DNA of 64,000 nucleotides from positions 22,010,001 to 22,074,000 of the forward strand of contig CM022673.1 in the NCBI GenBank assembly GCA_012295275.1, read 5' to 3'. A program made the position numbers and the translations under genes. The notes under the pieces are model-generated. The model did no database searches. It was not told the DNA's origin and was given only the letters and a program-made list of their open reading frames with translations. Position 1 is the first letter of the stretch. Each line of letters starts with the position of its first letter. Positions 25,201 to 39,724 of this stretch are shown here, in pieces. Source of the DNA: Chrysomallon squamiferum (Eukaryota > Animalia > Mollusca).

Positions 25201-28200
25201 CTTTTTTTTTTAAATTTATTTAACAAAAATAAATAAAAAATAATAGTAATAAAATCAGTATCAATACTTGAAATGTTTTTGAACCTGCTACAACCTGAAA
25301 GTGATCACTGTTTACTTAATTTATATCCCTCTTTTTAATTTAAGTGTTTGTCAAGTAGATTAGTATGTCAAGTTTATTACTTTATTCAATATATTCTCTT
25401 ATCTAGCTACTGCATGCCTAATCCCAGTTACTGAACTGTAAATATTCATAACTTTTCTTTCTGTGGTAGCAGTAAGATCTAGGAAACCAACCAATTTTAA
25501 TCCAAACTATAATACAATGGATGTCCAGTGAAAATCTGAATAGTTCATATATGCGGAATTTTTTTTTTACAAAATCAATGTTAAAATTAATTTATATGTC
25601 TCATTAAAAATTAATGAGTTTAAGAAATCTTAATAATAGTAATATTAATAATGATAAATTGCTGACATAATTAAGCTCTACAGACTTTGATTCACTGGGA
25701 TATTTTACAGACAATCAAAAATATATGATAAAATGTAAGAGCAGCAGAACAGTAGTTTTTAATCCTGTTGTTTAAAAGTAATTTATTAATGTACAACTAA
25801 GCAAATACTTAATTAATTTGTCTTTAATAAAGATAATAATAATGAAAATATTGATTAAAATGGATTAGTAGATAGGTTATTAAAATTGTTTCAAGATCGA
25901 AAATGTAGAATATTTGTAGAAACTGCTGACAGTCAAATTGAGTCTGATTTGGTAACCTCTGTAATATCAAAAAGTGCTTACTCCCATTTGTTCAAATTCC
26001 CAGTTGGTTGAAATGCTAAAACAACAATAAATATGGTTCAGTCACGTTATTAACATGCGTGTTGTTACCTCAGTCATTATAACAAACTGTTCCAGATTAT
26101 TTAGAAACCGATCAATATTGTATGGATGGTATGCATATCACTTATTGCACAGAGTATGCAAATATGACAAATATCAAAATAATACATGTATAGAATGTAC
26201 TGAATGTCTGTAAATAATTAAAAAGAGAAGGTGTCTATCTAAAATGTTTATTTCATAAAAAGCAATCATTGCAGCTTCATGAGGTTCCCAATGGAGATCA
26301 AATACAGCAGGAGTATCTTGGTTCTGTCAGTGAGTTGCTGCTTAAGGCAACTGACTGTATTCTTGACACCCTCTGAGACTCTCGTCTTGGTGTTGGTGCA
26401 GCTCCAGCATTCAACTGCACCAACTTTGCTCTTTCACATTTTTCTGTTCCCTTGTTCAAGTCCTCAAATCGGTACATGTTTGGATGTCAACAGTTGTTTG
26501 TTCGTGGGCATCATTGTTAAAGTGATTCCATCTGCAAAGAAGAAATCTTGTGTCATTATCCACCCATGTTGTCACCACATATTCAACAGCTCTGGTACTG
26601 CAGAAGTGGTTTTCTCTCTGCATTCAGTCATGTGTTCTGGTCTTTGTTCATTGTAAATAGAAAGTAGGCATCATGGTTCATCACTGTCGGTACATGGAAC
26701 TCTTGAGACTAAGAAAAGTGGGGATTTCGGGGATGTCTTGGTTAGTTGAAGATCTGTTGCATAGGTGTTGTTTTGAATCATGCTCTCTTTCTCATACTAA
26801 CAAACTTCATTATTTGGAGGATGGTGTGACCAAAGCTGTTTGTAATAAACCAGCAGCTATAATATGTGATCATTACATACAGAGGTAATCAGGTATTTCG
26901 AATTGAGAATTCGACCAAATGGGAATCAACCAAATGAGATGACACAACCAAAAAGTCATTAACAGATAATTATAAAAAGAAAAATTTTGAAGTGGGTGTT
27001 TTCCATTTTTAATTTTTAAAAATTGTTTTAGTAACTTACTGCTTAAACCAGATTTGACTATATGTAAATTAAAACCTTTTCTAAATTTTACAGTGACACT
27101 GAAAACCAATGTTTATGTTGTGAATATAATGCTCTGTGTTAGTAACATGTTTTTGATAAATGGAACCAAATACATTTGTTATTGGAATACTTACATATTT
27201 AACTTCGTTTTCAGTTTATTCTTGCTTAAGTATGATAAATCTTCTGTTGATGTGTTTCACTAGTATTCTGAAGTTACCATTATCTGCTGTATTGTTTAGT
27301 AATGCTATATTTAATAGTTTTGTTATTATTTTGTGGGACGGTAGATGGCAGGCTTATGGTGACATTGCCTTATATGCTTTATAACGTAAATTTTCAGTTA
27401 GTAGTGCCTTGTAATTTTATTAGCTACCTCATAAAAAATGGCTGGATTATTTTGTGTTTTGTTATAGGCTTGACTGAGTATTATTTTTAACTGTCTAGAA
27501 AATAAACACTAATAACTGGAGTTATCATTAACATACCTATATCATTTAATCCTTGAGTCTTGTTGTTTTTTCTTGTATAATAAAAATAAAAATAAAAATT
27601 AAGAATCTAAAACAATCAAACATATTTATTATCATTTACTTCATTGGTAAAAACGTATTACAAAATTGGCATTATAAATGATTAAATAGGACTCCATACC
27701 TTTTTAATTATATAAGTAGCTTTATTGAATATTTGCTTTCATGAGCAAAGCTATTTAATATCTGTATGTCTGTTGTTTTCACATATTTTTTAAAATATTA
27801 GTAATCTTGTTGTCCTGCTCTTCAATTATATCTGTCTTGATTCCTCAGTTCATGTTTTTGTTGAAGTTACTTAATGATACTTGTAAATTATGTCACTTGA
27901 GACAATTAGATATCTATGGGCTTTCTAAATAGATGTGGTGTGTGCAGCCATCTTACCCACTTGTCACACATTCAAACAATAATTAAAAATTCTAAGAAAA
28001 TTGATGTCAGTGCATTGAAAGACTGGAGCTGTTTTATGCTGGTTGGCTTTGATGTTATATGGTGTATTATTGTTTTCAGTGTTTTCCCTTTGACAAACAG
28101 ACTAATAGGTTACAATATTGAATTTTGTAAACACTTTTTTTTTCTTTCTTACACTAAAATAATTATAATTTTAATTACAATTAAAAATAAAAAAATAAAT

Positions 28201-31200
28201 CACCACATTTTTGCCATTGCAATGTATTTTTTGTTTTGTTTGTTCTCACACTATACATTTTTTGACATTGTTTTATTTTATATCTGCAGATGTACCAGGA
28301 GTTCCAGGAATGCCTCCTTCAGCAATAACATTACCGAAAGCAGCTTCTCCTCCTCCACCACCACCACCACCTCCCCCCCCCCCACCACCACCACCTTGTG
28401 CTGCACCCCCTCCACCACCACCACCACCAGGAGCTGGTGTACCGAATGTTGCAGGTAAATGAAATTATTATTTAGTAAATTTGTTCAAGACATTTGTCAT
28501 TAACACAGTTTTAGATTTGTCTGGTTCAATTTTTCAAATCCAGAGTTTGAAAAAGTAAAGAAATCAAGATGCTTCTGATCATTTTGGTAATAAATCTTGA
28601 TGTAATTGTTTATCTTATATGCATGTTGAAAAATAGAATTTTAGAAAGATTTGCTTCAGCAGTATTTGTAAATTGATGCATACTTTATTCAGCTATAGTT
28701 TATTGTACTGTAAAAAATTTGAAAATATTAAAATGTTTTAAAAAGGCAAGTGAATAAACTACTTGTGTTCAACATGACTGGTATGTGAATTATAAAATTT
28801 TGTTATTTTTCAGCTATGACCATAAAACGTAAAATTCAAACCAAATATCGTCTGCCAATTCTGAACTGGACACCACTGAAACCTCAGCAGGTTAAAGGAA
28901 CAATATTTTCAGATCTTGATGATGAGAAGCTATATGAGGTATGTTTTTATTACATTCTGGAATAGTACCTAATAGCTGTTTATCTCTAAAAATTATAATT
29001 TTTCCTGATATTTTACAGCTGGTGCATTTTGTAAAGATTGACATTTTTCAGTGCTGTTTGACTGCATTTTGTAATAAATTTCATAAATTTTCAGATATTG
29101 TTTATATTTGCAGGTGATTGATTTTGGAGATTTCGAGGAAACATTTCGACTTGGTCCTATAGGACATTCAAGGAGTTCAGAGGCAGGAACTCCTAAACTG
29201 TTACAGAAGAACAAGAAACCAACCAGCCTGTCCTTGTTGGAACCTAACAGATTGCGAAATGTTGGTTAGTATGTTTGATATTTTATTATTTTAACAGCAG
29301 CCAGACCTATGCGTAATATAAGACTTCTTGATAGAAAAATAACTGTACTTAGTTTTTACTTTTAATAGTTTAATTTACTATAAACACATGAATAGAAAAT
29401 CTTTAAAATGAACTTAGAGGAATTTTTAAAGACAAGTTATTTTGTATTCATTATTTGACATTGACACCTGAAAGAATATTGTAACAGTGTATGTATGTGC
29501 TAAAATCTGAAAAATTTAACTAAGCCTTTTATCACTCACTGCATTGTGTTGAGAATGTGTAGGAAAAATATATAGTAATAATTTCTTGAAAACCATAATA
29601 AAATTGCCATTCTTCATAATTTCTTTTTTCTTTTTCTTTTTTGTTTGGTTTTGTTACTATTTTAGGATAGATATTTAAATATTTCAAAATTGTAAGTATT
29701 TTTTGTTTCTGTTTTAAGCAATAACAAGACGTAAAATGGACATGACCAATGAAGAGATTGTGAAAGCCATCCATAATGTAGACTTGAAGAAGCTGTCACT
29801 GGACATGGTGGACATCCTCTTGACCATTCTACCAAATGACCAGGAGGTAAAACATATATTAGTATCAGTAACATTTTATATATAGTCTGTTTTTATATGT
29901 ATGTTATTTTCACCTCATTATAATTTTTAATTTTATTTCAATATATTATGTTTTGAAGAAACAAAATACCATATACTGTTCTTATAAAAATTAGGTATTC
30001 ATTATGTTATGACTGTTTTATCTTTGATGTTTTTTAGAGCCATAATAAAAACATCAGTAATAATTAAAAATAAATTGGTAATATACTTTACTGCAAATGA
30101 TAAACTGGTCATATTTTATTATAAAAGAGAAAAATATAAATAGCCTGCTTGAAATACGTATTTTGCAGCACAAACTGTATAGAGATTATGAAAGAGACAA
30201 GAAGCCCATAGATGACCTGTCAGAGGAAGACAAGTTTGTCATGCAGGTAAAGACATTAGTAAATACAACAAATATATTAAAAGCAATTATTAATAATCAG
30301 CAGTAAACTAAAAAAAAAAAAAAAAAAAAAAATGATATTCAAAAAACTAAAATGCAAATTAAAAAGAAAGCATTTAAATGACTTCTGCAGTAAGGCTATT
30401 TTATAAAAAAAAATTTGGTTAAAAGCATGGTGGTAACAATTGTATTCAGAAAAATAAATGAGAATATGTGTGTGTATCAGTGTTTCTGAGTATTGTAGTT
30501 CTTTTATCTGTAAAGAATTTGATCTTTTTATTGAAAGTTTTACAAAGTCAGATGTAATACATTTCAGATGTGCAAGGTTGAGAGGCTGACACAGAAACTG
30601 ACAATTATGAGTTTCATAGGAAACTTTTACGACAACATTCATCACCTGCAACCAGTAAGACCTGTCTATTCTTTAAATATTAATTAAATATATTAATTAC
30701 ATATTAAAATTAGATAATTGAAAAACTTATTAATTGTAATATTGTTTGTCATCTCTTTGCAACTAGATAAATGGTATTTACTGTTACAAGTAAATTTTTC
30801 TTGTTTAATTACAGCAAGTGAATGCCATTATTGCTGCTTCCATGTCAGTGAGAAGTTCTCAGAAAGTAAAGAAACTCCTTGAGGTATTTTTTCTACATTA
30901 AGATTTATTGAAACTATGAAAAGTATTTTTCATTTATAAATTGTGTTTAAGAATGTTGTTCTAATAGAATGAATATGTAGCTAGATACATAAAAAGAATT
31001 TAAATAGCACACCAATATCTATGATTATTTTGTCTTATTATCGAAATGAATGATGAAATGAAAACAAACAAAAAAAACACCTTAACTATCAAATGTTTTA
31101 ATCATTATTTTACATTTTTGTTTGATTTAATCAGTTACTTAGGTTATTTTATTTTATTTACAGATTATTCTTGCATTAGGAAACTACATGAATAGTGCTA

Positions 31201-34200
31201 AGAGGGGTGCTGCCTATGGTTTTAAACTTCAGAGTTTGGACATGGTAAACAGAAACACTGCACATTTTTAAAAATAATATTTAAATAAATAATTGTGATA
31301 AATACTATTGTTTATCTAAATGGACAAGCTTTAAAATACCAAGATGATATTTAAATTATATTTTCTTTCATAAATATGATTTATTAATTTTTATTAATAA
31401 ATGAAAATTTAAATAATCCAAGATTTTACATTTAAAAATGTTAGAGATCATAAATATATTTAAAAGAAAAGTCTTTTCTGTAAGTATTTTTATTTTTATT
31501 TATTTTTTTTAAAGTATATTTAAAATTGTAAAAATTTTAACATATTTCTGACAGTTGGTGGACACAAAATCTGGGGACAAGAAAGTGACCCTGATGCATT
31601 TTCTGGTGCTAACTATAGAAGAGAAATTCCCAGATCTTCTCAACTTTGACTCAGAACTTCGTTTCATTGAGAAAGCTGCACTGGGTTTGTATCTTGTTAT
31701 TTTTAAAGATAGCTGTTAAACATATGTAAAATTATTTCCTTTATGTGTATGTGTGTGTGTGTGTGTGGTTCAGTGCTAATAAAATTGATAATTTTCTTAT
31801 ACTATCTGATTAGAGTACTGTGCTGTATAAAAGAAGTAAAATAACAAATTAAGACTGAATTAAAATTCTAACAGCTGTACATTGTTGCAAATAGGGTTTA
31901 CAAATTCATTGTTCTGCTGCTTATTTGTTTCTTACAGTGACTGTGGGATGATTGTTTTTTTCTCAAAAGGCAGTATTGTGCTGTTTCTCCAGGGTGATCA
32001 TAATTTACAAGAAAACAAAAGATCCCTCAACAGACTGAATTTTAGAATAGCATCAGCCATTTTCTTCTTTAGAAGCCACTATGATATATGCTGAAGGTTT
32101 ATTGAATATTCAAATCTTTTCACAAAAATGAATACTTGCCATCAGTTTGTTTTTGTAATTACAGTTTCTATGGAAAACATTGCCACTGATATCCATGAAC
32201 TGGAGAAAGGTTTTGATTTGACCAAAAAGGAGTACAATGCACGCAAGGATTCCAAGGATTGTCCTGTAATCCTGAAGGATTTCCTTGCTAACTCAGAAGA
32301 AAGATTTAGAAAACTTCTTGCTGATGTTAAAACGGCTCAGGTATGTTGAAAACTTTTATTATAGTTATCATGATTATCATTACCAACCTCATTTGTCAGC
32401 ATCATTTTTTTGTTTATTTTTGTTGGTGAACATTTCAGTTACAGAGCAATAGAACCTTGACTTAAATATTTTCTTTAATATTGACTGAAAATATTTTAAT
32501 ACTGAACTTTTTGCAGTTAGATTCTGTTTGTAATATCAGTTTTGAATGTAAATGAATCAAGGTAAAAATTACATTTGCCAATAATCATTTTGCTTTTGTA
32601 ATCAATAACTTCTTGAAATGTGTTTACAGGATGCTTACAAACGAGTGGTAGAACACTTTGGAGAAAGTACAAGATCCACTTCACCTACTACTTTCTTTGC
32701 CATATTTGTCAGATTTGTGGCTTCTTTCAAGGTAGTTTATACATTTTATATATTATTTCTTTTTGTTGGTTTATATTATTAATTAACAAACTTGTTTTTC
32801 TAATTGTTTTTTGCTTTTGAAGACCATCTGTTATATTGAAGTATTGAAGTATTGAATTATGTTAAATTTTCTTTTTCTTTATAGATATGTTTTGTTTGTT
32901 TGTTATGTTTGAATTATTACATTTGAATTAACACTATGCTCATTGTCAAGAATATGAATAATAGTTAAAATTATCTTAAAGCATTTCGTGAATGCTAATT
33001 TTAATTTAAATTAATTTTTAATTCTGTAAAGCAAAGTCATGATATGGTTGGATTGCATGGCATATCTTTATTTTTTATTTCTCAAATGATAAAGTTTTTA
33101 GATTTTGTCAAAAATGTATACAGATATACTAAACTATATTTAAAAATTATTTTTTCTTTTGATATTGTTAATAGGAAGCACTTCTTGACAATGAGCGCAG
33201 GAAAAAGCTGGAATATGCAAACATGGTGGAACCTAATATATCTATGGCAATGAAAAAAGACAAGAAAATGACACAGGTGAGAAAATTCTGTTATGAATTG
33301 TTAAGTGAAAGTTAATCGAGTCATTTATTTACCTTATATAACAACTTGATATGCATACAAAAAACGAACAAATATTTTTATACTGTAAACTATATTTCAA
33401 TATAGGAATAAAGATTTGCTGTGTGAAAGAGTCTTATTTTTATTGTTCTTTTAATACCTACCATAGCTCTATTATAATTGCTGTTTTTAATCAGGTAACA
33501 GAAGTTACTTGATTATTACTATAAGTGTTCTTGTTCCATTTTTATTTGGAAATAAAACCCATTTCTTTATATTTCATGCAGTTCTAATTCTTTTAATCGT
33601 CTTGTTGAATTAAAATAATTTTTATCATGCTTTAATTTTGTAAAAAAAAAAAAAAAAAAAAGCTTATTAATTTTACAGATAATAATAATAATGATAATAA
33701 TATGTTAAAATAGTAATAAAAATATAAATAAATTAATAACTGAATATAATTTTACAAATAATGTTCAGGAGGCAATGGTGTCTGAACTGAAAAGTCGAAA
33801 TCGTCAAATCAAAGACAAGAAACTGCTTAACAAGAATGAAGTGTACCACGGGGCTTTAGAGGACATTCTTCTAGGTGTGTACTACCAGTATTTAAAAAGG
33901 AAGAAAAAACACTTGTATTGAAATTCTGGAAACAGGAAAGCTATATACATTTATATACACCATAAAATTATTTTATGATTTTCTCATAAATTGCTTTTGA
34001 CATTTTGTTTTTTAATATTTTAATAAAATAAATTATTTTTAAATTATAGATTAAAAAACATTTAATTCAATTATTGTGTCAATTATTATATTATCTCATA
34101 TATTACAAAGTGATGTTTGTTTTCTGATTAATCTATACAGACTTGAAGAATGAGCCTTACAGACGTGCAGATGCTGTTCGGCGAAGTCAGAGACGGAGGG

Positions 34201-34250
34201 TAGAAAACCTGATGAATATTCCTTCTACAGGTCGCAGCGAAATCTTCTAG
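6168..34250 (+). CDS. FMNL: Formin-like protein (FMNL/FRL subfamily of Diaphanous-related formins), about 1023 aa, 29 exons
   Basis: Exons: 6168-6296, 7151-7234, 10520-10606, 19282-19361, 19537-19620, 19983-20184, 20454-20530, 20765-20858, 21145-21222, 21423-21533, 21730-21879, 22312-22360, 22728-22780, 23139-23277, 23810-23854, 28290-28454, 28814-28938, 29114-29264, 29719-29846, 30169-30246, 30568-30654, 30815-30883, 31164-31244, 31555-31684, 32165-32340, 32630-32731, 33175-33276, 33769-33874, 34141-34250. Motifs: N-myristoylation MGNSES; GBD/FH3 ([51 protein letters not shown]); poly-Pro FH1; FH2 ([20 protein letters not shown]); C-terminal DAD-like [19 protein letters not shown]. Confidence 0.96.
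8490..8635. repeat. Degenerate minisatellite, unit about 30 bp, about 5 copies, in FMNL intron 2
   Basis: ATTTCAA/ATTTCAC core followed by G(G)GTGT(G)TG recurs at roughly 28-32 bp spacing. Confidence 0.65.
14575..14720 (+). repeat. Degenerate dispersed (SINE-like) repeat copy
   Basis: TTTCTCAGTCTAGCCAGTAC...ATCCTGT...CATATAAAAGATCC aligns by eye with the reverse complement of 53090-53195. Confidence 0.5.
17060..17077 (+). CDS. Candidate 18-nt alternative microexon of FMNL (IPVPFL)
   Basis: ttttttgtttacctctag|ATTCCTGTGCCTTTCCTA|gtgagta: good acceptor, consensus donor, 6 codons with no stop, inside phase-0 intron 3. Confidence 0.5.
25974..26949 (-). mobile_element. Decayed Mutator-like (MULE) DNA transposon remnant in FMNL intron 15
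   Basis: Minus-strand frameshifted translation [14 protein letters not shown]...[13 protein letters not shown].../HPNMYRF.../[15 protein letters not shown].../[15 protein letters not shown] (stop at 26268-26266) resembles a MULE transposase C-terminus. The ends carry imperfect inverted repeats built of TCCCATTTGGT-like units (25982-26015 versus 26910-26945). Confidence 0.7.
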
Positions 34251-37200
34251 AGAGCAAATAAATGTGGTGTTACTACTGTGTAGTTTATGTGGCTTGTTTG
34301 TGATACATCGGCCTGAATGTTGATGTCACTGCATAATTAAACAAGTTACAATTCCATGGTGCCAGAGGCAAGAGTTAACCCACTGAGTAGTAAACACAAA
34401 CATCATGTTCCTGTTTTAAACACTATTATTCAGATATTGTTCGGTTTCATAAAGGCCGATAACAGACTGGAATTGCAAACATGAAGTATGAGGTGCTTCT
34501 TTTTTAGGATTTGTAATTACAATATCATTGAAATCTAAACAATTGGAATAACAAACAAAACTTTCATGGAGGGGAAAGAATTGGGAGGTGGGATGGGGAA
34601 GCCTTGTTGCTGATACTGACAATACTGTTAATAACGTAAAAAGAAAATTCAGTTTTTTTATCTTTCAGTACTTAATATTGAACTTTTAATTTTTGTGGAT
34701 ATAAAAAATAAAAACTCAACATGAAAAGAAAAATTACAGATTACAAAAGTTAATTTTTTAATTAATTTTTTTTGTTTTATTATTGATATTAACATAATGA
34801 AAACAATTTATTTTTATTTATTTTACCTTTGTTTATTTCTAGACCATTGCATTTTATGTCTGTAAATAATATATTATAAACATAAATAATTTGGAATTTG
34901 TGCTAACAAACAGTAATATTTTTTCTTGCAAATAATGTGTTAAATTATTAGTTACATAACGTAAAATCCAGGACAAAACTGAAACCAAAATGTTTAGTTT
35001 TAAATGTCTTTAGAATATCCACTCAAGTTAAATTAAACCTTAAATTTTATTTATAACAATTTTTTTATTATTTCTTTTTAAATGTCAGCTGTTACAGATG
35101 CTAGAGCTAATACATTTACAGGTAATTAGTTTCTTTAAAAGTTGTATTTAAATGTGAAAATGATGACTTTATCAATGTAATTTACAAGAATTCAAAGTTT
35201 AATATTGTTGATGGATTTCGAAATTCAGTGTACAATATCCATTTGGAGACAACTGTGAATGTATAGTGTTAACTTTAGTAAGTGTTAACTGTAAATTATG
35301 AAATATTTTTTTATAATTTGACCCACATCTGACAAATTGCTTTAAATGCCGTCCTATGTCTTCCAGTATTTTTTTTTTGTTGTTAAATATTCCTATCCAT
35401 GAAACAATTAACATGATTTGTGAAGAAAATATATTGTTGATACCCATCTGAAAAACAAATTGTCAAAATTTGTTTTCAAAATTAAATGTCGTTTAGTCCT
35501 TTAGACTCAAAAATTGTTGCTCTGCATTACAATAAATAATAAATGTTACAGAATAATGATATTTTCATATTCTTTGTAGTTTGGCCATTGCAAAACTAAC
35601 TGATAACTTTCAAAATATGTTATAAATTGTGTATTTATGAAGTATTATTTATTAATTTATTTGTTTACTTATTTGTTTATTTATTTATTACTATTTATAA
35701 ATTATTTTTGTTTGTTAAATTATTAAACTAAACTGATTTGTTTTTTAGAAGTATTTCTTTTGTAAACAAGATTACCAAATTATAATTATTATAATTACAT
35801 ATATATATATATATTTTTTTTTATTGTTTTTAAAAAAAAAAAAAAAAAAAATTTATTATTATTTTATTATACATGCATATCAGTCGTGGAAAGAAAAATA
35901 TTATTTTTGTGACTTTTTAATAATTCTCATTTCTTGGATATATACCCATTTGAGAAGCATAATTTAAAAAAATTAAAAAAATTATATAAAATAAATAAAA
36001 TAATAATTTAATTCATCAAAATACCAGACATATATATGTGCAAAAGTAAATAAGATTTTTTTATTTTATTATCTTTTTTCTTTATTTTTATTATTATTTA
36101 ATTTATTTATTTACTTATTTACTTATTTATTTATTTATTATTATTTTTTTTTTATTGATACTTTTTTTTTTTTTTGATTGTCAGTTAAGCATTAAAAGCA
36201 GTCTAAATTTGAAGACATTTTGTCTCTGTTCAGTACACCATTAATTCGTCTTCATTTAGTGTCACCACTATGCAGAACAAATAGACCAATAAAAAATAAT
36301 AATAAAACAAAAAAATATAAAATAACATAAGTATTTAAAAAATAATAAATAAATAAATTATCTAAATTTGACTTTTTAACGAGTAATTATTTATTAACTT
36401 TCATTATAAACATAAAATTTGAATGAAGATATTTATTTGACCATTAGATATTTTTTTTGTTTTTGTAGAATTTGCTTAAATAGTGAAACCCTGAATTAAT
36501 AATGAGTTTCAAATTTTAAGTTGAAGGAAGACAGTTTGTAATACATAGAAGTGTTTAATCTGTTACAGTAGAAAATAGAAATTCATACAATAATCATTTC
36601 ATTTTTTTAAAATGTTGAGTTTTGTACAAGTGCTTTTTTAGTTTTAATTTCCTATTATATGGAGTGAATAGTAAAACTAATAAACATAAACGACAGATTA
36701 ATGAAAATTTTGTTATTAAGTGAACAAGATAGTTTAAAAATAAAAATAAAAATTGGTCAGTATTTTGAAACTCATTGTTTACTATTCACTGCAGTATTTC
36801 AGATATATTCTATTCATCACCATCACCATCATCATCATATTAATAATCATTAAAATGTATTTCATGAATCAGTTGAGTGTTTTGGGGGCCACTGGTTTTA
36901 TTTATGTTGCCCAGACAGATGTGTTTATTGTATGACTTAAAGTGTATAATTAGTGTATATCCTACTCCTAGTCAACCATAACCAAGAACTGATAACACGG
37001 CACCGTGTGTTTTAATCTGCAAGAACACCATCGTATTTAATAACACACAGATGTATTGTGTAGACAGAAATACTACAACTTGTTTTAAAAGTGAGGTTTC
37101 ATATTCAGAGCATTTTCAGATTAAAGAATTTTAAAAATAATACTCTACAAATTTAAGAATAAAAAAATAATACATTATGATCATGAAAATTAATCTTTAA

Positions 37201-39121
37201 AGCATGATTGTTTTCTCATTAAGCAGAACTCATTTCATCTAAAATAACCAATGAAAAATTATTTTCAATATTATTACTTGACATTTTTAGAAAGAAAGAA
37301 AAATCCCTACAAAAACAACTAAAAAATAAACATACATTCATAGGTTTAGAAAGAAGAAGTATATATATATATAAAAATAATAATTATGAAAAAATTCATT
37401 AAAAATAAATAAAAATAAATTAATGAAAAAATGTTTTATGAGAAACACAAATAAAAATTTTGTTTATTTCACATTTTTTATGTACTGGTAAGTGTATTTA
37501 TTTCTTACATTGTACAGCCCATTTTTATTTGTTTTTTTAATAGAAAATTATGTGATCTGCTTTATCATTTGTGTGATATGTATATTCTGAAATTTTAGAA
37601 AATGTTAATGAAATCTGAATCATTTTCTTCGTAAACTATTTTTAATGCCTGTTAGAATTGTGTTTTTAAGTATTCGTTTGTGTATGTTATTAGTTTTAAT
37701 TATTATTTTTTATATAATTTAATTTGTGTTTTTATTATTTCTTGTTTTTTGTTTTAAACATAATATTGTTAAGAAAAAAAAGCAGTTACAGAAGCAGCTC
37801 AAACTTTTAATTTGCTCTCTATTTAATTTCTAGCCAGTTGGTTTTACAGGATTTATTTTTCTTAGTTTTTAACCACCCATTTCACTCTTTTCCAACTAAT
37901 TAAATCTAAGTTATTGCTGAAACAAATCCATAAAATTTTTCTTATGTACATTTAAAAGTACTTTTGAAAAATTATTCAGATTTTGGGTGTTAAGTGCTTA
38001 ATGTTATGTTGTTTATAATTACTTACATTCATATTTAGTGTATCTACTCATGTTTTTTTAAAGCTGCCTTTTGAAGGTGTAAGCCATTCTTTGTATCATT
38101 AAACTTACAGTTCACTAAAAGCTCAGTAACATGCCAACATAAAATGTTTTTAGCTCTTTGAAAAGCAAATCGTGGAACATTTACTCAGTTAAACATTATG
38201 CAATAAAGGACAATTAACAAATAAAAAAATCAGTCCTTTATTATTCATATATAATCTTAAATTTCTTCATTTACATGGTGCTCATGTGTGTTCATACAGA
38301 CCTCCTGAATTATGGTGAAATGGTGTGGTGAGCTTTTTAGCGTAGCATTTTACATGTAAATTTGTATAAACTGTATAGCAAACTTGTCATTATTGGCATA
38401 ACAGATATGTGCTATTATAGAATTCTTTCTTTGCTCGTTTTTATCATAGCTAATTCTTTTTTTTAAACTTTAGTGGAATATTAAATAGACCATGCTTTGC
38501 ATATTAATGTTTTATACAAGTATTTAAATGCACTTAAAAAGTAGTTTGATCATAATTAGCTATCTGAATGTGGCAAATATTTAATATATATATATATATG
38601 GTATGAAATGATATGCTGCAGTGACTTGTGTTAAGGGTTTGTTTGAAATAGATTGATTTATTAAGGATTCAGACATGCACATGCACAAGCACACACACAC
38701 ATACACACAGAGTATACATTTTAATGTTCTGAACTGAGGTTTGATAAGTATTACCCATTTAAAAGTTTTCTTTTAATATTATATAAATAATTAGAAGCAA
38801 AAAAAAATAACAAAAAATAATAATTAAAAAAAATGGTGCCTTCTGTCCTTGTGTTAAATTATCTTGTAATTTGTAAACAAATGGCAAACTAGTTTTTAAT
38901 TTAATGAAATAAAGAAAAACAAAGAAGAAAAAAAAAGAACAAGAAACATCTAAAAGCTTTGGTAATTTGATATAAATTCACATTTCATATATATCTTTTT
39001 ATGTGTGAAAGGCTCAAGTATTTATCTTTTTATATGTAGCTAATTGCCTTAGTGTGCTTGCTTTTCCAGTCATAAGACATTGCTTTCATTTCACATATTT
39101 CACTTTCTTTTTACAGCTATT

Positions 39122-39321
39122 TTAATTTATTGTCAAAGTTTCTTTTTAAAAAAATAATAAACAAAAAGGTTAAAGATTTACAAGTGTGCATCATTTAAAT
39201 TTGCACAATAGTTAAGATTTATTAAATTAAAATAATACTGAAGAAAAGTTTTAGATGATATTTGACTAATACTGAAACAAAACCAAAAAAAAGAATTGTT
39301 ATCAGTTATAATAAGTAAAAC
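39122..39321. repeat. Left arm of an approximately 200-bp inverted repeat pair
   Basis: Contains TTTAAATTTGCACAATAGTTAAGATT and TTTTAGATGATATTTGACTAATACTGAAA, whose reverse complements occur at 41470-41661. Confidence 0.8.
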
Positions 39322-39437
39322 TGGGGTACAAGGTATACTTCATTATTATTGTTATTTCTTTTTTACTATTATTTTTTCCCCTACATGTTTTTTACCATGT
39401 TGACCATACTCATTTTACAGGTAACTTGTGCTGTGAG

Positions 39438-39536
39438 AATAAACCAAAATGCAGACTTAGACTGTTGTTTTCTTACTTATTTTAACATGGGACAGGTTGA
39501 GCTAAGGTGATGTTTTTATACCATGACACTTTTATT
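39438..39536. terminator. Candidate convergent polyadenylation signals for FMNL (plus) and ALDH9A1 (minus)
   Basis: AATAAA at 39438-39443 on plus, followed by the GT/T-rich TGTTGTTTTCTT; AATAAA on minus at 39536-39531. Confidence 0.35.
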
Positions 39537-39693
39537 TCTGTTAAAACAGACTGGACAGTGCACTGGTAAGGAATATAATTTTTCAGTTTGTGTGTGTGCA
39601 TGCATGCATGAGACAGAGTGAGAGAAAAAATTCATATGTATTTGTAACAAGTGTCACACACTGAGTCTCTAAGTGATTTTGTGTGTGTGCATA

Positions 39694-39724
<31 letters not shown>

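Noticed and set aside
26279-26888. Two plus-strand ORFs (125 aa and 71 aa) as a nested gene in FMNL intron 15
   Set aside because: They are antisense shadows of the decayed MULE transposase and have no recognisable protein features.
27916-28458. 180-aa ORF with Thr/Ser runs
   Set aside because: Intron sequence plus an alternative frame of the poly-Pro FH1 exon.
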